DNA from: Shigella phage ESh8 | Reading direction: 5' to 3' (one strand) | Sequence record: ON528721 | DNA length: 38,701 nucleotides | In this document: in pieces, positions 8,059-18,540 of the stretch | Numbering within the stretch: position 1 is the first letter of the stretch | How the letters are laid out: each line of letters begins with the position of its first letter | Position numbers and translations under genes: made by a program | The notes under the pieces: generated by a model | Databases searched by the model: none | What the model was told of the DNA's origin: nothing | What the model saw: the letters and a program-made list of their open reading frames with translations, nothing else

Positions 8059-10713
8059 ATGAACATCATCGAAACTATCGAAAAGAATGACTTCTCCGAA
8101 ATCGAACTGGCTGCTATCCCGTTCAACACGCTGGCAGACCATTACGGTAGCGCATTGGCGCGTGAACAACTGGCTTTAGAGCATGAGTCTTATGAGCTAG
8201 GCGAGCGCCGCTTCCTCAAGATGCTTGAGCGTCAAGCGAAAGCTGGTGAGATTGCAGACAACGCAGCCGCTAAGCCATTACTCGCTACGCTTCTCCCTAA
8301 GTTAACCGCACGCATCGTTGAGTGGCTCGAAGAGTACGCCTCTAAGAAAGGCCGCAAGCCTGTAGCCTATGCACCACTCCAATCACTCAAGCCGGAGGCG
8401 TCCGCGTTTATCACGCTCAAGGTCATCCTTGCGTCACTGACCAGCACGAACATGACAACAATTCAGGCCGCTGCTGGTATGCTGGGGAAAGCCATTGAGG
8501 ACGAGGTACGTTTCGGTCGCATCCGTGACCTCGAAGCGAAGCACTTCAAGAAACACGTTGAGGAACAACTCAACAAGCGCCACGGGCAAGTCTACAAGAA
8601 AGCCTTTATGCAGGTGGTTGAGGCAGACATGATTGGTCGCGGGCTGCTGGGAGGTGAGGCGTGGTCTAGCTGGGACAAGGAAACCACGATGCACGTAGGG
8701 ATTCGCCTGATTGAAATGCTCATTGAGTCCACGGGTCTGGTGGAATTGCAGCGCCACAACGCAGGTAACGCAGGCTCTGACCATGAGGCACTACAACTGG
8801 CCCAAGAGTACGTCGATGTGTTAGCGAAGCGTGCAGGCGCTCTGGCGGGCATCTCTCCGATGTTCCAGCCGTGTGTCGTACCGCCGAAACCTTGGGTATC
8901 AATCACAGGTGGCGGCTATTGGGCTAACGGTCGCAGGCCTTTGGCACTCGTTCGCACCCACTCTAAGAAGGGACTGATGCGCTATGAGGATGTTTACATG
9001 CCAGAAGTTTACAAGGCGGTCAACATCGCACAGAACACCGCATGGAAAATCAACAAGAAAGTTCTTGCGGTTGTCAATGAGATTGTGAACTGGAAGAATT
9101 GCCCGGTCGCAGACATTCCATCACTGGAGCGCCAAGAGTTACCGCCTAAGCCGGACGACATTGACACCAACGAGGCAGCACTCAAGGAGTGGAAGAAAGC
9201 CGCCGCTGGTATCTACCGCTTGGACAAGGCACGAGTGTCTCGCCGTATCAGCTTAGAGTTCATGCTGGAGCAGGCCAACAAGTTCGCAAGTAAGAAAGCA
9301 ATCTGGTTCCCTTACAACATGGACTGGCGCGGTCGTGTGTACGCTGTACCGATGTTCAACCCGCAAGGCAACGACATGACCAAGGGTCTCCTAACCCTCG
9401 CTAAAGGCAAGCCAATCGGTGAGGAAGGGTTCTACTGGCTGAAAATCCACGGTGCGAACTGTGCGGGTGTCGATAAGGTTCCATTCCCTGAGCGCATCGC
9501 GTTCATCGAGAAGCACGTAGACGACATTCTGGCTTGCGCTAAAGACCCAATCAATAACACTTGGTGGGCCGAGCAGGATTCACCTTTCTGTTTCCTCGCG
9601 TTCTGCTTCGAGTATGCAGGCGTTGCGCACCACGGTCTGAGCTACAATTGCTCTCTGCCGCTGGCGTTCGATGGGTCTTGCTCTGGTATCCAGCACTTCT
9701 CCGCGATGCTGCGCGATGAGGTAGGCGGTCGTGCGGTTAACCTTCTGCCAAGCGAAACCGTGCAGGACATTTACGGCATCGTTGCGCAGAAAGTAAACGA
9801 GATTCTCAAACAGGATGCAATCAACGGCACACCTAACGAGATGATTACCGTGACCGACAAGGACACCGGGGAAATCTCAGAGAAGCTCAAGCTGGGAACC
9901 TCAACGCTGGCGCAACAGTGGCTGGCATATGGTGTAACCCGTAGCGTGACTAAACGTTCGGTCATGACGCTGGCTTACGGTTCCAAGGAGTTCGGCTTTC
10001 GTCAACAGGTACTGGACGACACCATTCAGCCTGCGATTGACAGCGGTAAGGGCTTGATGTTCACCCAACCGAACCAAGCGGCTGGCTATATGGCTAAGCT
10101 GATTTGGGACGCGGTGAGCGTGACCGTAGTCGCAGCGGTTGAGGCGATGAACTGGCTCAAGTCTGCCGCTAAGCTGCTGGCTGCTGAGGTCAAGGACAAG
10201 AAGACCAAGGAGATTCTGCGCCACCGTTGCGCGGTTCACTGGACTACGCCGGACGGCTTCCCGGTCTGGCAGGAATACCGCAAGCCACTCCAGAAGCGTC
10301 TTGATATGATTTTCTTAGGGCAATTCCGTCTGCAACCGACGATTAATACCCTCAAGGATTCAGGCATTGACGCACACAAGCAGGAGTCTGGCATCGCGCC
10401 TAACTTTGTTCACTCACAGGACGGTAGCCACCTACGCATGACAGTCGTTTATGCTCACGAGAAGTATGGCATTGAGTCCTTTGCGCTCATCCATGACAGC
10501 TTTGGGACTATCCCGGCAGACGCTGGTAAGCTCTTTAAGGCTGTGCGTGAAACGATGGTTCTCACCTACGAGAACAACGATGTGCTGGCAGACTTCTATG
10601 ACCAGTTTGCAGACCAGCTACACGAGACCCAACTGGACAAGATGCCTCCGCTTCCGAAGAAAGGAAATCTGAACCTGCAAGACATTCTCAAGTCTGACTT
10701 TGCCTTTGCATAA
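8059..10713 (+). CDS. 1: Single-subunit DNA-dependent RNA polymerase (T3-type), 884 aa
   Basis: 884 aa (T3 RNAP length); near-identical to remembered T3 RNAP sequence; C-terminus FAFA; matches the T3-type promoters found genome-wide. Confidence 0.98.
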   Translation: MNIIETIEKNDFSEIELAAIPFNTLADHYGSALAREQLALEHESYELGERRFLKMLERQAKAGEIADNAAAKPLLATLLPKLTARIVEWLEEYASKKGRKPVAYAPLQSLKPEASAFITLKVILASLTSTNMTTIQAAAGMLGKAIEDEVRFGRIRDLEAKHFKKHVEEQLNKRHGQVYKKAFMQVVEADMIGRGLLGGEAWSSWDKETTMHVGIRLIEMLIESTGLVELQRHNAGNAGSDHEALQLAQEYVDVLAKRAGALAGISPMFQPCVVPPKPWVSITGGGYWANGRRPLALVRTHSKKGLMRYEDVYMPEVYKAVNIAQNTAWKINKKVLAVVNEIVNWKNCPVADIPSLERQELPPKPDDIDTNEAALKEWKKAAAGIYRLDKARVSRRISLEFMLEQANKFASKKAIWFPYNMDWRGRVYAVPMFNPQGNDMTKGLLTLAKGKPIGEEGFYWLKIHGANCAGVDKVPFPERIAFIEKHVDDILACAKDPINNTWWAEQDSPFCFLAFCFEYAGVAHHGLSYNCSLPLAFDGSCSGIQHFSAMLRDEVGGRAVNLLPSETVQDIYGIVAQKVNEILKQDAINGTPNEMITVTDKDTGEISEKLKLGTSTLAQQWLAYGVTRSVTKRSVMTLAYGSKEFGFRQQVLDDTIQPAIDSGKGLMFTQPNQAAGYMAKLIWDAVSVTVVAAVEAMNWLKSAAKLLAAEVKDKKTKEILRHRCAVHWTTPDGFPVWQEYRKPLQKRLDMIFLGQFRLQPTINTLKDSGIDAHKQESGIAPNFVHSQDGSHLRMTVVYAHEKYGIESFALIHDSFGTIPADAGKLFKAVRETMVLTYENNDVLADFYDQFADQLHETQLDKMPPLPKKGNLNLQDILKSDFAFA

Positions 10714-10724
10714 CAAGCACTTAG

Positions 10725-10747
10725 CATTAACCCTCACTAACGGGAGA
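10725..10747 (+). promoter_or_regulatory. T3-type phage RNAP promoter, CATTAACCCTCACTAACGGGAGA
   Basis: Consensus match with A->C at +1 region; downstream of gene 1. Confidence 0.85.
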
Positions 10748-10799
10748 CTACTTAAGGTCTCCCACTTTAAGACACTTTAGGTACTAAGAGATTAAATTT

Positions 10800-11072
10800 A
10801 TGATTAACATTAAGACTTTCTTTAAGAACATCTTTAAGTTAAACCGCTTGACTTCCGTTAAGTTCTACGCTTGGATGCCCGGTAGTGATGACCTCCGCAA
10901 GACTGAATTTAAGTTAGGCTTAGGGCCGTGCGGTAAGGTGGTCAAGAAGTTGGAATGTTACACAACGTCCTCCGGGATGGTCATCTTCCAGACCACTGAG
11001 GACAACGAAACGAAATCCTTCTACTACCCGAAAGGTTCAACGTGTGGTCGTATCGAACGGACATACAGTTAA
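10800..11072 (+). CDS. Hypothetical protein (gene 1.05-like), 90 aa
   Basis: ORF between two phage promoters; AT-rich leader; weak RBS. Confidence 0.55.
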   Translation: MINIKTFFKNIFKLNRLTSVKFYAWMPGSDDLRKTEFKLGLGPCGKVVKKLECYTTSSGMVIFQTTEDNETKSFYYPKGSTCGRIERTYS

Positions 11073-11089
11073 CCCTCACTAACGGGAGA
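11067..11089 (+). promoter_or_regulatory. T3-type phage RNAP promoter, AGTTAACCCTCACTAACGGGAGA
   Basis: Consensus core; overlaps stop codon of preceding ORF. Confidence 0.85.
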
Positions 11090-11093
11090 GTTA

Positions 11094-11130
11094 TCCTCAA
11101 GGTCATCCAAGCGGGTGGCCTTTGTGATTA
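11094..11130 (+). promoter_or_regulatory. RNase III-type hairpin (R1.1-like)
   Basis: CCTCAAGGTCATCCAAGCGGGTGGCCTTTGTGATT. Confidence 0.6.
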
Positions 11131-11164
11131 ACTTTCAATACACATCAACATGAGGTAAGATACT

Positions 11165-11305
11165 ATGCGTACCAACTTTGAGAAATTTACCAAGCGCGAT
11201 TCAGTGGTCAACGAGCATGGCGAACAGTGGCAAGAGCGCCGTGACCGCATAAAGAAACGCCACAAGCAACAGCGCGGTAACTCACAGAAACGGGAGTGGA
11301 ACTAA
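11165..11305 (+). CDS. 1.1: gp1.1-like small basic protein, 46 aa (not in ORF track, under 60 aa)
   Basis: MRTNFEKFTKRD... resembles T7 gp1.1 N-terminus; stop TAA overlaps ATG of gene 1.2. Confidence 0.75.
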   Translation: MRTNFEKFTKRDSVVNEHGEQWQERRDRIKKRHKQQRGNSQKREWN

Positions 11306-11580
11306 TGATGGGACGTATCTATAGCGGCAACCTGAACGATTACAAAGATGCGGTAGCGCGTCTACAGGAAGACCATGACGTGACCGTGAAGGTGGAGTCA
11401 TTCAGTTATGAAAACCCAGCGAAGATGTGCAGGTCATCCGGTGAGGTTCTCCGTGTGTTCACACGCTCCGGGCATCTGGTGGCATCCAGAACCTTCGAGC
11501 ACAGCGACAGTGATGTACAAATCAACGCGCAGACTGCATGGCTCCGCAAGGTTCACAGCGATTTGAAACACTGGAAGTAA
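11305..11580 (+). CDS. 1.2: gp1.2-like protein (inhibitor of host dGTPase in T7), 91 aa
   Basis: MMGRIYSGNL... and C-terminal ...DLKHWK match T7 gp1.2 (MGRLYSGNL...QLKDWK); ORF-track GTG start at 11296 rejected. Confidence 0.8.
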   Translation: MMGRIYSGNLNDYKDAVARLQEDHDVTVKVESFSYENPAKMCRSSGEVLRVFTRSGHLVASRTFEHSDSDVQINAQTAWLRKVHSDLKHWK

Positions 11581-11600
11581 TAACCCTCACTAACAGGAGA
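11578..11600 (+). promoter_or_regulatory. T3-type phage RNAP promoter, TAATAACCCTCACTAACAGGAGA
   Basis: Consensus core. Confidence 0.85.
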
Positions 11601-11637
11601 ATCCTCAAGGTCACTTTAGCGAGTGGCCTTTGTGATT
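11601..11637 (+). promoter_or_regulatory. RNase III-type hairpin (R1.3-like)
   Basis: CCTCAAGGTCACTTTAGCGAGTGGCCTTTGTGATT. Confidence 0.6.
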
Positions 11638-11674
11638 CGAACTGATTAACTTTCAACCGATGAGGAACAACCTT

Positions 11675-12691
11675 ATGAACATCTTCAAGACCAACCCATT
11701 CAAAGCTGTGTCATTCGTAGAGTCTGCCGTTAAGAAAGCGCTGGAGACCTCCGGCTACCTAATGGCTGATATCAAATATGATGGTGTGCGCGGTAACATT
11801 GTGGTTGACAACGTGGCTGAGGCCGCATGGGTGTCTCGCGTATCCAAGTTCATCCCGGCGCTGGAACACCTGAACGGTTTCGATAAGCGCTGGCAGCAAC
11901 TACTGAACGATGACCGCTGCATCTTCCCGGACGGCTTCATGCTGGATGGTGAACTGATGGTCAAAGGCGTAGACTTCAACACGGGGTCTGGCCTACTGAG
12001 AACCAAGTGGCTCAAGAAGAATAACTTCATGTTTGACCGTGGTGGTGTTGAGCCGCTGAAAGGTTCCAAAGTAGCCTTTGAGTTAGACCCCAAGCTACTC
12101 AGTGTTCGCCTGTATGCTGTCATGCCGATTCACATTGCGGAGTCTGGCGAGGACTACGATGTACAGAACCTGCTGATGCCGTATCATGTGGAAGCCATGC
12201 GCTCTCTTCTGGTTGAATACTTCCCGGAAATCGAGTGGCTTATCGCTGAGACCTACGAGGTCTACGATATGGATTCGCTGACTGAACTGTACGAAGAGAA
12301 GCGTGCCGAAGGTCACGAGGGTCTCATTGTGAAAGACCCACAAGGCATCTACAAGCGAGGCAAGAAGTCTGGCTGGTGGAAGCTCAAGCCTGAGTGTGAA
12401 GCTGACGGTATCATTCAGGGTGTCAATTGGGGAACCGAAGGGTTAGCCAACGAGGGTAAAGTGATAGGCTTTAGTGTGCTTCTTGAGACTGGTCGTTTAG
12501 TAGACGCCAACAACATCTCTCGCGCACTGATGGACGAGTTCACAGCCAACGTTAAAGCCCACGGTGAAGACTTCTACAACGGGTGGGCCTGTCAGGTCAA
12601 CTATATGGAAGAGACCCCGGACGGCTCCCTGCGTCACCCTAGCTTCGAGAAGTTCCGAGGCACTGAGGACAACCCTCAAGAGAAAATGTAA
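11675..12691 (+). CDS. 1.3: ATP-dependent DNA ligase, 338 aa from ATG 11675
   Basis: KYDGVR adenylation motif; MNIFKTNPFKAVSFVESA... matches T7 ligase; C-terminal FRGTEDNPQEKM identical to T7 ligase end. Confidence 0.95.
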   Translation: MNIFKTNPFKAVSFVESAVKKALETSGYLMADIKYDGVRGNIVVDNVAEAAWVSRVSKFIPALEHLNGFDKRWQQLLNDDRCIFPDGFMLDGELMVKGVDFNTGSGLLRTKWLKKNNFMFDRGGVEPLKGSKVAFELDPKLLSVRLYAVMPIHIAESGEDYDVQNLLMPYHVEAMRSLLVEYFPEIEWLIAETYEVYDMDSLTELYEEKRAEGHEGLIVKDPQGIYKRGKKSGWWKLKPECEADGIIQGVNWGTEGLANEGKVIGFSVLLETGRLVDANNISRALMDEFTANVKAHGEDFYNGWACQVNYMEETPDGSLRHPSFEKFRGTEDNPQEKM

Positions 12692-12701
12692 CCAACTAAC
12701 T

Positions 12702-12733
12702 GGCTCACCTTCACGGGTGGGCCTTTCTTCGTT
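12702..12733 (+). terminator. Intrinsic terminator (TE-like) ending the early operon
   Basis: 8-bp stem GGCTCACC/GGTGGGCC (one G-U) with 6-nt loop followed by TTTCTTCGTT. Confidence 0.75.
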
Positions 12734-12739
12734 CCGGGG

Positions 12740-12762
12740 AATTAACCCTCACTAACAGGAGA
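12740..12762 (+). promoter_or_regulatory. T3-type phage RNAP promoter, AATTAACCCTCACTAACAGGAGA
   Basis: Consensus match. Confidence 0.9.
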
Positions 12763-12770
12763 CACACACC

Positions 12771-12848
12771 ATGTGGCTTATCCTATTCGCTATCGTCGCA
12801 ACGCTGGGATTAATGGCTGCCGACGACAACATTTGGCCTGATTGTTAA
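12771..12848 (+). CDS. gp1.5-like tiny hydrophobic peptide, 25 aa
   Basis: ATG 9 nt after promoter +1 region; MWLILFAIVATLGLMAADDNIWPDC; T7 has a 29-aa gene 1.5 here. Confidence 0.45.
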   Translation: MWLILFAIVATLGLMAADDNIWPDC

Positions 12849-12860
12849 GGAGACAACATC

Positions 12861-13118
12861 ATGCGTTTACACTTCAACACATCAAATGGTATCTTTTCGG
12901 TTCGCCGTGAAGACCGCTCTACAGCAGTGGCCTCTGAGCGCAACGCCAAGCTGCCGCTGATTGGTTCGGTCGTCCCACTGTCGCCCCGTGTTCACCTGCT
13001 GATAACTCGTGGAGAGTTCATTAAGGCGATGAATAAAGAGCGCCCGCATCTGGAAGCCGTGGTCACTTACTGGCCTCGCATCCGTCTGTTCGTTAAGTGG
13101 ATTAAGGAGGTGCTGTAA
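12861..13118 (+). CDS. 1.6: gp1.6-like hypothetical protein, 85 aa
   Basis: RBS TAAGGAG; position and size as T7 gp1.6. Confidence 0.75.
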   Translation: MRLHFNTSNGIFSVRREDRSTAVASERNAKLPLIGSVVPLSPRVHLLITRGEFIKAMNKERPHLEAVVTYWPRIRLFVKWIKEVL

Positions 13119-13609
13119 TGTTACAACATCATTGGAACAAACCAGACTTAGAAGCCCGCTTCCCGGTTAACTCTGTTGTGCGATACTCCGGCGGTGGCCT
13201 CAAGCGTATCTTAGGGATGAGCGGAGTGGTCACTGGTCACTCGCACACAGGTCGCGTTAAGGTTCGCTTCGGTACTCAGCACGCTGAGGTTCTTCCTGAC
13301 AACCTGATTCCGCTGCCTAAAGCTGACGTTAAGACTCCGAACGTGGAAGCACCGAAGGCAGAAGTCAAGTCTGACGTGACACACCCGAACCACTACATGC
13401 TGTTCGACAACGTGGAAGCCATTGAGGTTATCGCCCGGTCAATGACCGTCGAGGCGTTCCGTGGGTACTGCCTTGGGAATATTTTGAAGTACCGCCTGCG
13501 TGCTGGCAAGAAATCCGAACTGGCAACGATGGAGAAAGACCTTAAGAAAGCGGCTTTCTATCAGGAACTGTTTGACAAACACCGGGGGCTGTGTTATGAC
13601 GCTTCGTGA
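13118..13609 (+). CDS. 1.7: gp1.7-like protein (nucleotide kinase in T7), 163 aa
   Basis: C-terminal region [43 protein letters not shown] resembles T7 gp1.7. Confidence 0.7.
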   Translation: MLQHHWNKPDLEARFPVNSVVRYSGGGLKRILGMSGVVTGHSHTGRVKVRFGTQHAEVLPDNLIPLPKADVKTPNVEAPKAEVKSDVTHPNHYMLFDNVEAIEVIARSMTVEAFRGYCLGNILKYRLRAGKKSELATMEKDLKKAAFYQELFDKHRGLCYDAS

Positions 13610-13742
13610 ATGCTGCGATTGGTGTGCCGCTAAGTGGAACCAAGCTATTGAGGATGGTGACAAGGCGGCTGCTGACGCTTACAAACAACTGTACGCGCTG
13701 TGGGAGCGGCGCTTTAAGGAGGCTCAAAGTGGAGCAACGTGA
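13596..13742 (+). CDS. 1.8: gp1.8-like protein, 48 aa
   Basis: 48 aa as T7 gp1.8; start overlaps end of 1.7. Confidence 0.6.
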   Translation: MTLRECCDWCAAKWNQAIEDGDKAAADAYKQLYALWERRFKEAQSGAT

Positions 13743-13893
13743 ACAGAAATACCTTCTGACGATAGAAGGAAACACCGAGTCCTTTGAGGTTCCGGTATTC
13801 GCCCGGTCTCTCGAAGAGGCAACGCTACAGGCTGAACATTATGAGGACGCTGGGTTCGTAGTGACTCGTATCCGTCCAGAAGTGAAAGCCTAA
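13729..13893 (+). CDS. 2: Host RNA polymerase inhibitor gp2, 54 aa, GTG start
   Basis: AGGAGG 7 nt upstream of GTG 13729; ...[38 protein letters not shown] aligns with T7 gp2 ...[34 protein letters not shown]. Confidence 0.75.
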   Translation: MEQREQKYLLTIEGNTESFEVPVFARSLEEATLQAEHYEDAGFVVTRIRPEVKA

Positions 13894-13913
13894 TTACCCT
13901 CACTAAAGGGAAC
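13891..13913 (+). promoter_or_regulatory. Variant phage RNAP promoter upstream of SSB gene, TAATTACCCTCACTAAAGGGAAC
   Basis: Core CCCTCACTAAAGGGA; same upstream variant as the phiOL-like site. Confidence 0.75.
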
Positions 13914-13945
13914 AACCCAATCATTAACCACAAAGGAGAAACATT

Positions 13946-14644
13946 ATGGCTGGTTTCAAGAAGAAAATCTACACATCTGGTCTTGGCACTGCTGAGCCTT
14001 ATGCTTACCTGAGTAAGCCGGATTATGGCAACGAAGAGCGTGGCTTCGGCAACCCTCGTGGTATCTATAAGGTAGACCTGACTCTTTCCAATAAAGACCC
14101 GCGCTGTCAGGCAATGGTCGATGAAATCGTGAAGACTCACGAAGAGGCTTATGCTGCTGCCGTGGAAGAGTTCGAGGCTAACCCGCCGCAGGCACAGCGT
14201 GGTAAGAAACCGCTGAAACCTTACGAGGGCGACATGCCGTTCTTCGATAACGGTGACGGTACGACTACCTTCAAGTTCAAATGCTATGCGTCTTTCCAAG
14301 ACAAGAAGACCAAAGAGACCAAACACATCAATCTGGTAGTGGTCGATAGCAAAGGTAAGAAGATTCAGGACGTTCCGATTATCGGTGGTGGCTCTAAGCT
14401 GAAAGTGAAATACTCTCTGGTGCCTTACAAATGGAACACAGCTGTGGGCGCAAGCGTCAAGCTACAACTGGAGTCCGTGATGCTGGTCGAACTGGCTACC
14501 TTCGGTGGTGGCGGTGAAGATGAGTGGGCCGATGAAGTCGAAGACGGTGGTTACACTGCGAGTGAATCCCGTCAGTCCCGCGATGAGCAGGAGTGGCAGG
14601 AAGACGAGCACGAAGAAACCCCGGATGAGGATGAGGATTTTTAA
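13946..14644 (+). CDS. 2.5: Single-stranded DNA-binding protein gp2.5, 232 aa
   Basis: 232 aa as T7 gp2.5; highly acidic C-terminal tail ending in F. Confidence 0.95.
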   Translation: MAGFKKKIYTSGLGTAEPYAYLSKPDYGNEERGFGNPRGIYKVDLTLSNKDPRCQAMVDEIVKTHEEAYAAAVEEFEANPPQAQRGKKPLKPYEGDMPFFDNGDGTTTFKFKCYASFQDKKTKETKHINLVVVDSKGKKIQDVPIIGGGSKLKVKYSLVPYKWNTAVGASVKLQLESVMLVELATFGGGGEDEWADEVEDGGYTASESRQSRDEQEWQEDEHEETPDEDEDF

Positions 14645-14647
14645 ACC

Positions 14648-15118
14648 ATGAACCTGCGGGAGAAACTGGAGGCTTACTCTAAAGTGTCTCCCTCTGGTTG
14701 CTGGGAGTGGCAGCGAGCCACTGCTGGGAAGGGTTATGGTTTAATATCCATAGGTCGCCAGCGTCAAGCATATGCGCACAGGGTGTCATACTTCATCTTC
14801 AACGGGCCAATTTCCGAAGGTCTTGTAGTCAGACATAAGTGTGATAACCCTTGCTGCGTTAACCCTGAGCACCTAGAAGTTGGGACTCAGGAAGACAACA
14901 TGCAGGACTGTAAGAAGCGTGGTCGTCTATCCGCGCCACCAGTAGCGAGAGGTGTACACAATCACAAGACCAAGCTGACCGATGAACAGGTGGCCTACAT
15001 TGTGAACTCCAAGAAGAGTAGCCGCGAGTTAGCCAACGAGTTTGGAGTCTCGCCGCAGGCTATAAACTGGAGGAAGAAACAATGGCAGGCTACGGCGCAA
15101 AAGGAATCCGAAAAGTAG
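14648..15118 (+). CDS. HNH-family endonuclease with C-terminal helix-turn-helix-like DNA-binding tail (putative free-standing homing endonuclease), 156 aa
   Basis: Motifs AHRVSYFIFNG...VVRHKCDNPCCVNPEHLEVGTQEDN (His-Asn-His core, Cys ligands); C-terminal LTDEQVAYIVNS..SSRELANEFGVSPQAINWRKK; overlaps start of endonuclease I gene by 37 nt. Confidence 0.8.
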   Translation: MNLREKLEAYSKVSPSGCWEWQRATAGKGYGLISIGRQRQAYAHRVSYFIFNGPISEGLVVRHKCDNPCCVNPEHLEVGTQEDNMQDCKKRGRLSAPPVARGVHNHKTKLTDEQVAYIVNSKKSSRELANEFGVSPQAINWRKKQWQATAQKESEK

Positions 15119-15531
15119 GTTCCTTCCGTTCTGGACTTGAAGATAAAGTCCACAAACAACTGGAGGCTCGTGGGGTAAAGGCTGAATATGAAATGTGGAA
15201 GATTCCATATGTTGTACCAGCCAGTAATCACACGTACCGACCAGATTTTATTTTACCCAATGGAATCATTGTCGAGACCAAGGGACTGTGGGAAGCTGAT
15301 GACCGGAAGAAGCACTTGCTAATCCGTGAGCAGTATCCTGAACTGGACATTCGTCTGGTGTTCTCTTCGAGTCGTACCAAAATATACAAAGGGTCTCCAA
15401 CTTCTTACGCCGAGTTCTGCGAGAAGAAAGGGATTCTCTTTGCCGACAAACTGATACCCGTCGAGTGGCTCAAGGAGCCTAAGCGGGACGTACCGTGGGA
15501 GAAACTAATTCGTGTAAAGGAGAAAAAGTAA
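15082..15531 (+). CDS. 3: Endonuclease I (Holliday junction resolvase) gp3, 149 aa
   Basis: 149 aa as T7 gp3; position; RBS GGAGGA. Confidence 0.9.
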   Translation: MAGYGAKGIRKVGSFRSGLEDKVHKQLEARGVKAEYEMWKIPYVVPASNHTYRPDFILPNGIIVETKGLWEADDRKKHLLIREQYPELDIRLVFSSSRTKIYKGSPTSYAEFCEKKGILFADKLIPVEWLKEPKRDVPWEKLIRVKEKK

Positions 15532-15987
15532 ATGGCTAAAGTTCAATTCAAACCACGAGCAACCACGGAGGCAATCTTTGTGCATTGCTCAGCAACCAAG
15601 CCAAGCCAGAACATTGGCGTTCGTGAGATTCGTCAGTGGCACAAAGAGCAGGGCTGGTTAGACGTAGGATATCACTTCATCATCAAGCGTGATGGCACTG
15701 TGGAAGCAGGCCGCGATGAACTGGCTGTAGGTTCCCACGTGAAAGGTTACAACCACAACTCCGTAGGCGTATGCCTCGTTGGTGGGATTGATGATAAAGG
15801 CAAGTTCGACGCCAACTTTACACCTGCGCAAATGCAAGCGCTGCGTAGTCTACTGGTCACGCTGCTGGCGAAGTATGAGGGTTCAGTCCTTCGTGCTCAC
15901 CATGACGTTGCACCCAAAGCCTGCCCGTCCTTCGACTTGAAGCGCTGGTGGGAGAAGAACGAACTGGTTACATCTGACCGAGGGTGA
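15532..15987 (+). CDS. 3.5: Lysozyme / N-acetylmuramoyl-L-alanine amidase gp3.5, 151 aa
   Basis: 151 aa; MAKVQFKPRATTEAIFVHCSATKPSQNIGVREIRQWH... matches T7 lysozyme. Confidence 0.95.
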   Translation: MAKVQFKPRATTEAIFVHCSATKPSQNIGVREIRQWHKEQGWLDVGYHFIIKRDGTVEAGRDELAVGSHVKGYNHNSVGVCLVGGIDDKGKFDANFTPAQMQALRSLLVTLLAKYEGSVLRAHHDVAPKACPSFDLKRWWEKNELVTSDRG

Positions 15988-15991
15988 TGCC

Positions 15992-16097
15992 ATGAGGATG
16001 ATTTGTATTCGCTGTGATAAGCCGTTGAAGAGTCGTGTACCGTCACGTCAGTGTCAGTGCAAAGACCCAATCAAGGCGGAGGAACACACCGAGGAAT

Positions 16098-16099
<2 letters not shown>
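15992..16099 (+). CDS. Small Cys-rich protein (gp3.7-like), 35 aa, possible zinc ribbon
   Basis: MRMICIRCDKPLKSRVPSRQCQCKDPIKAEEHTEE; CxxC plus CxC; not in ORF track (under 60 aa). Confidence 0.4.
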
Positions 16100-17916
<1,817 letters not shown>

Positions 17917-17918
<2 letters not shown>

Positions 17919-17939
17919 TTAACCCTCACTAACGGGAAC
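17917..17939 (+). promoter_or_regulatory. T3-type phage RNAP promoter, GATTAACCCTCACTAACGGGAAC
   Basis: Consensus core. Confidence 0.8.
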
Positions 17940-17965
17940 AACCATTAAACCATAGGAGACACATC

Positions 17966-18178
17966 ATGTTTAAATTCATTAACGCTTTAGGTAAGCTGGT
18001 AGTTAAACTGTATTTCATCGAAGCCAAGAAGCTGGACAAGAAAGCCAAAGCTGATTCACAGCGAGCCATTGAGTTGGCGAAACAGTCCCGTGAGAAATCC
18101 GATGCGGCTGTTAGTGGCATCCACAAGTCGGCAGCGATTGCAGCCAAAGCACAGTCCATGAGCAAATTCTTTGAGTAA
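17966..18178 (+). CDS. 4.3: gp4.3-like hypothetical protein, 70 aa
   Basis: 70 aa as T7 gp4.3; position. Confidence 0.75.
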   Translation: MFKFINALGKLVVKLYFIEAKKLDKKAKADSQRAIELAKQSREKSDAAVSGIHKSAAIAAKAQSMSKFFE

Positions 18179-18188
18179 GGAGCACACT

Positions 18189-18473
18189 ATGAGCAAGTCA
18201 ATCACCCACGCGAACACCATCCGTCTGCCAGACACCGCTGACCAGTTCTCCCGCCGAGTACACATTAATGTGCGCGGTGAGAAGGTAACGATGGTCTACC
18301 GCTGGAAAGACCACAAGTCTCCGAAAGCACACACTCAACGAATGACCTTGGATGACAAGCAGGTCGGTCGCCTGATGGGTGCCCTGACTATGGCTGCTGA
18401 CAAGGTGGTCGGTGACAACCGTGAGCGTCTGGTAGAGTTCGGCGCTGGTATGCAAGAGATTATCGAGAAGTGA
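18189..18473 (+). CDS. 4.5: gp4.5-like hypothetical protein, 94 aa
   Basis: RBS TAAGGAG before ATG 18189; position before DNA polymerase. Confidence 0.7.
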   Translation: MSKSITHANTIRLPDTADQFSRRVHINVRGEKVTMVYRWKDHKSPKAHTQRMTLDDKQVGRLMGALTMAADKVVGDNRERLVEFGAGMQEIIEK

Positions 18474-18512
18474 TAAACTCAAGGTCGCCCAAGGGTGGCC
18501 TTTATGATTATC
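18474..18512 (+). promoter_or_regulatory. RNase III-type hairpin (R4.7-like)
   Basis: ACTCAAGGTCGCCCAAGGGTGGCCTTTATGATT. Confidence 0.65.
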
Positions 18513-18540
18513 ATTTAGCACGAAACCAAAGGAGGGCATT

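Noticed and set aside
13724-14326. 200-aa minus-strand ORF antisense to genes 2 and 2.5
   Set aside because: Overlaps two conserved + strand genes and a promoter; no RBS; no homology signal.
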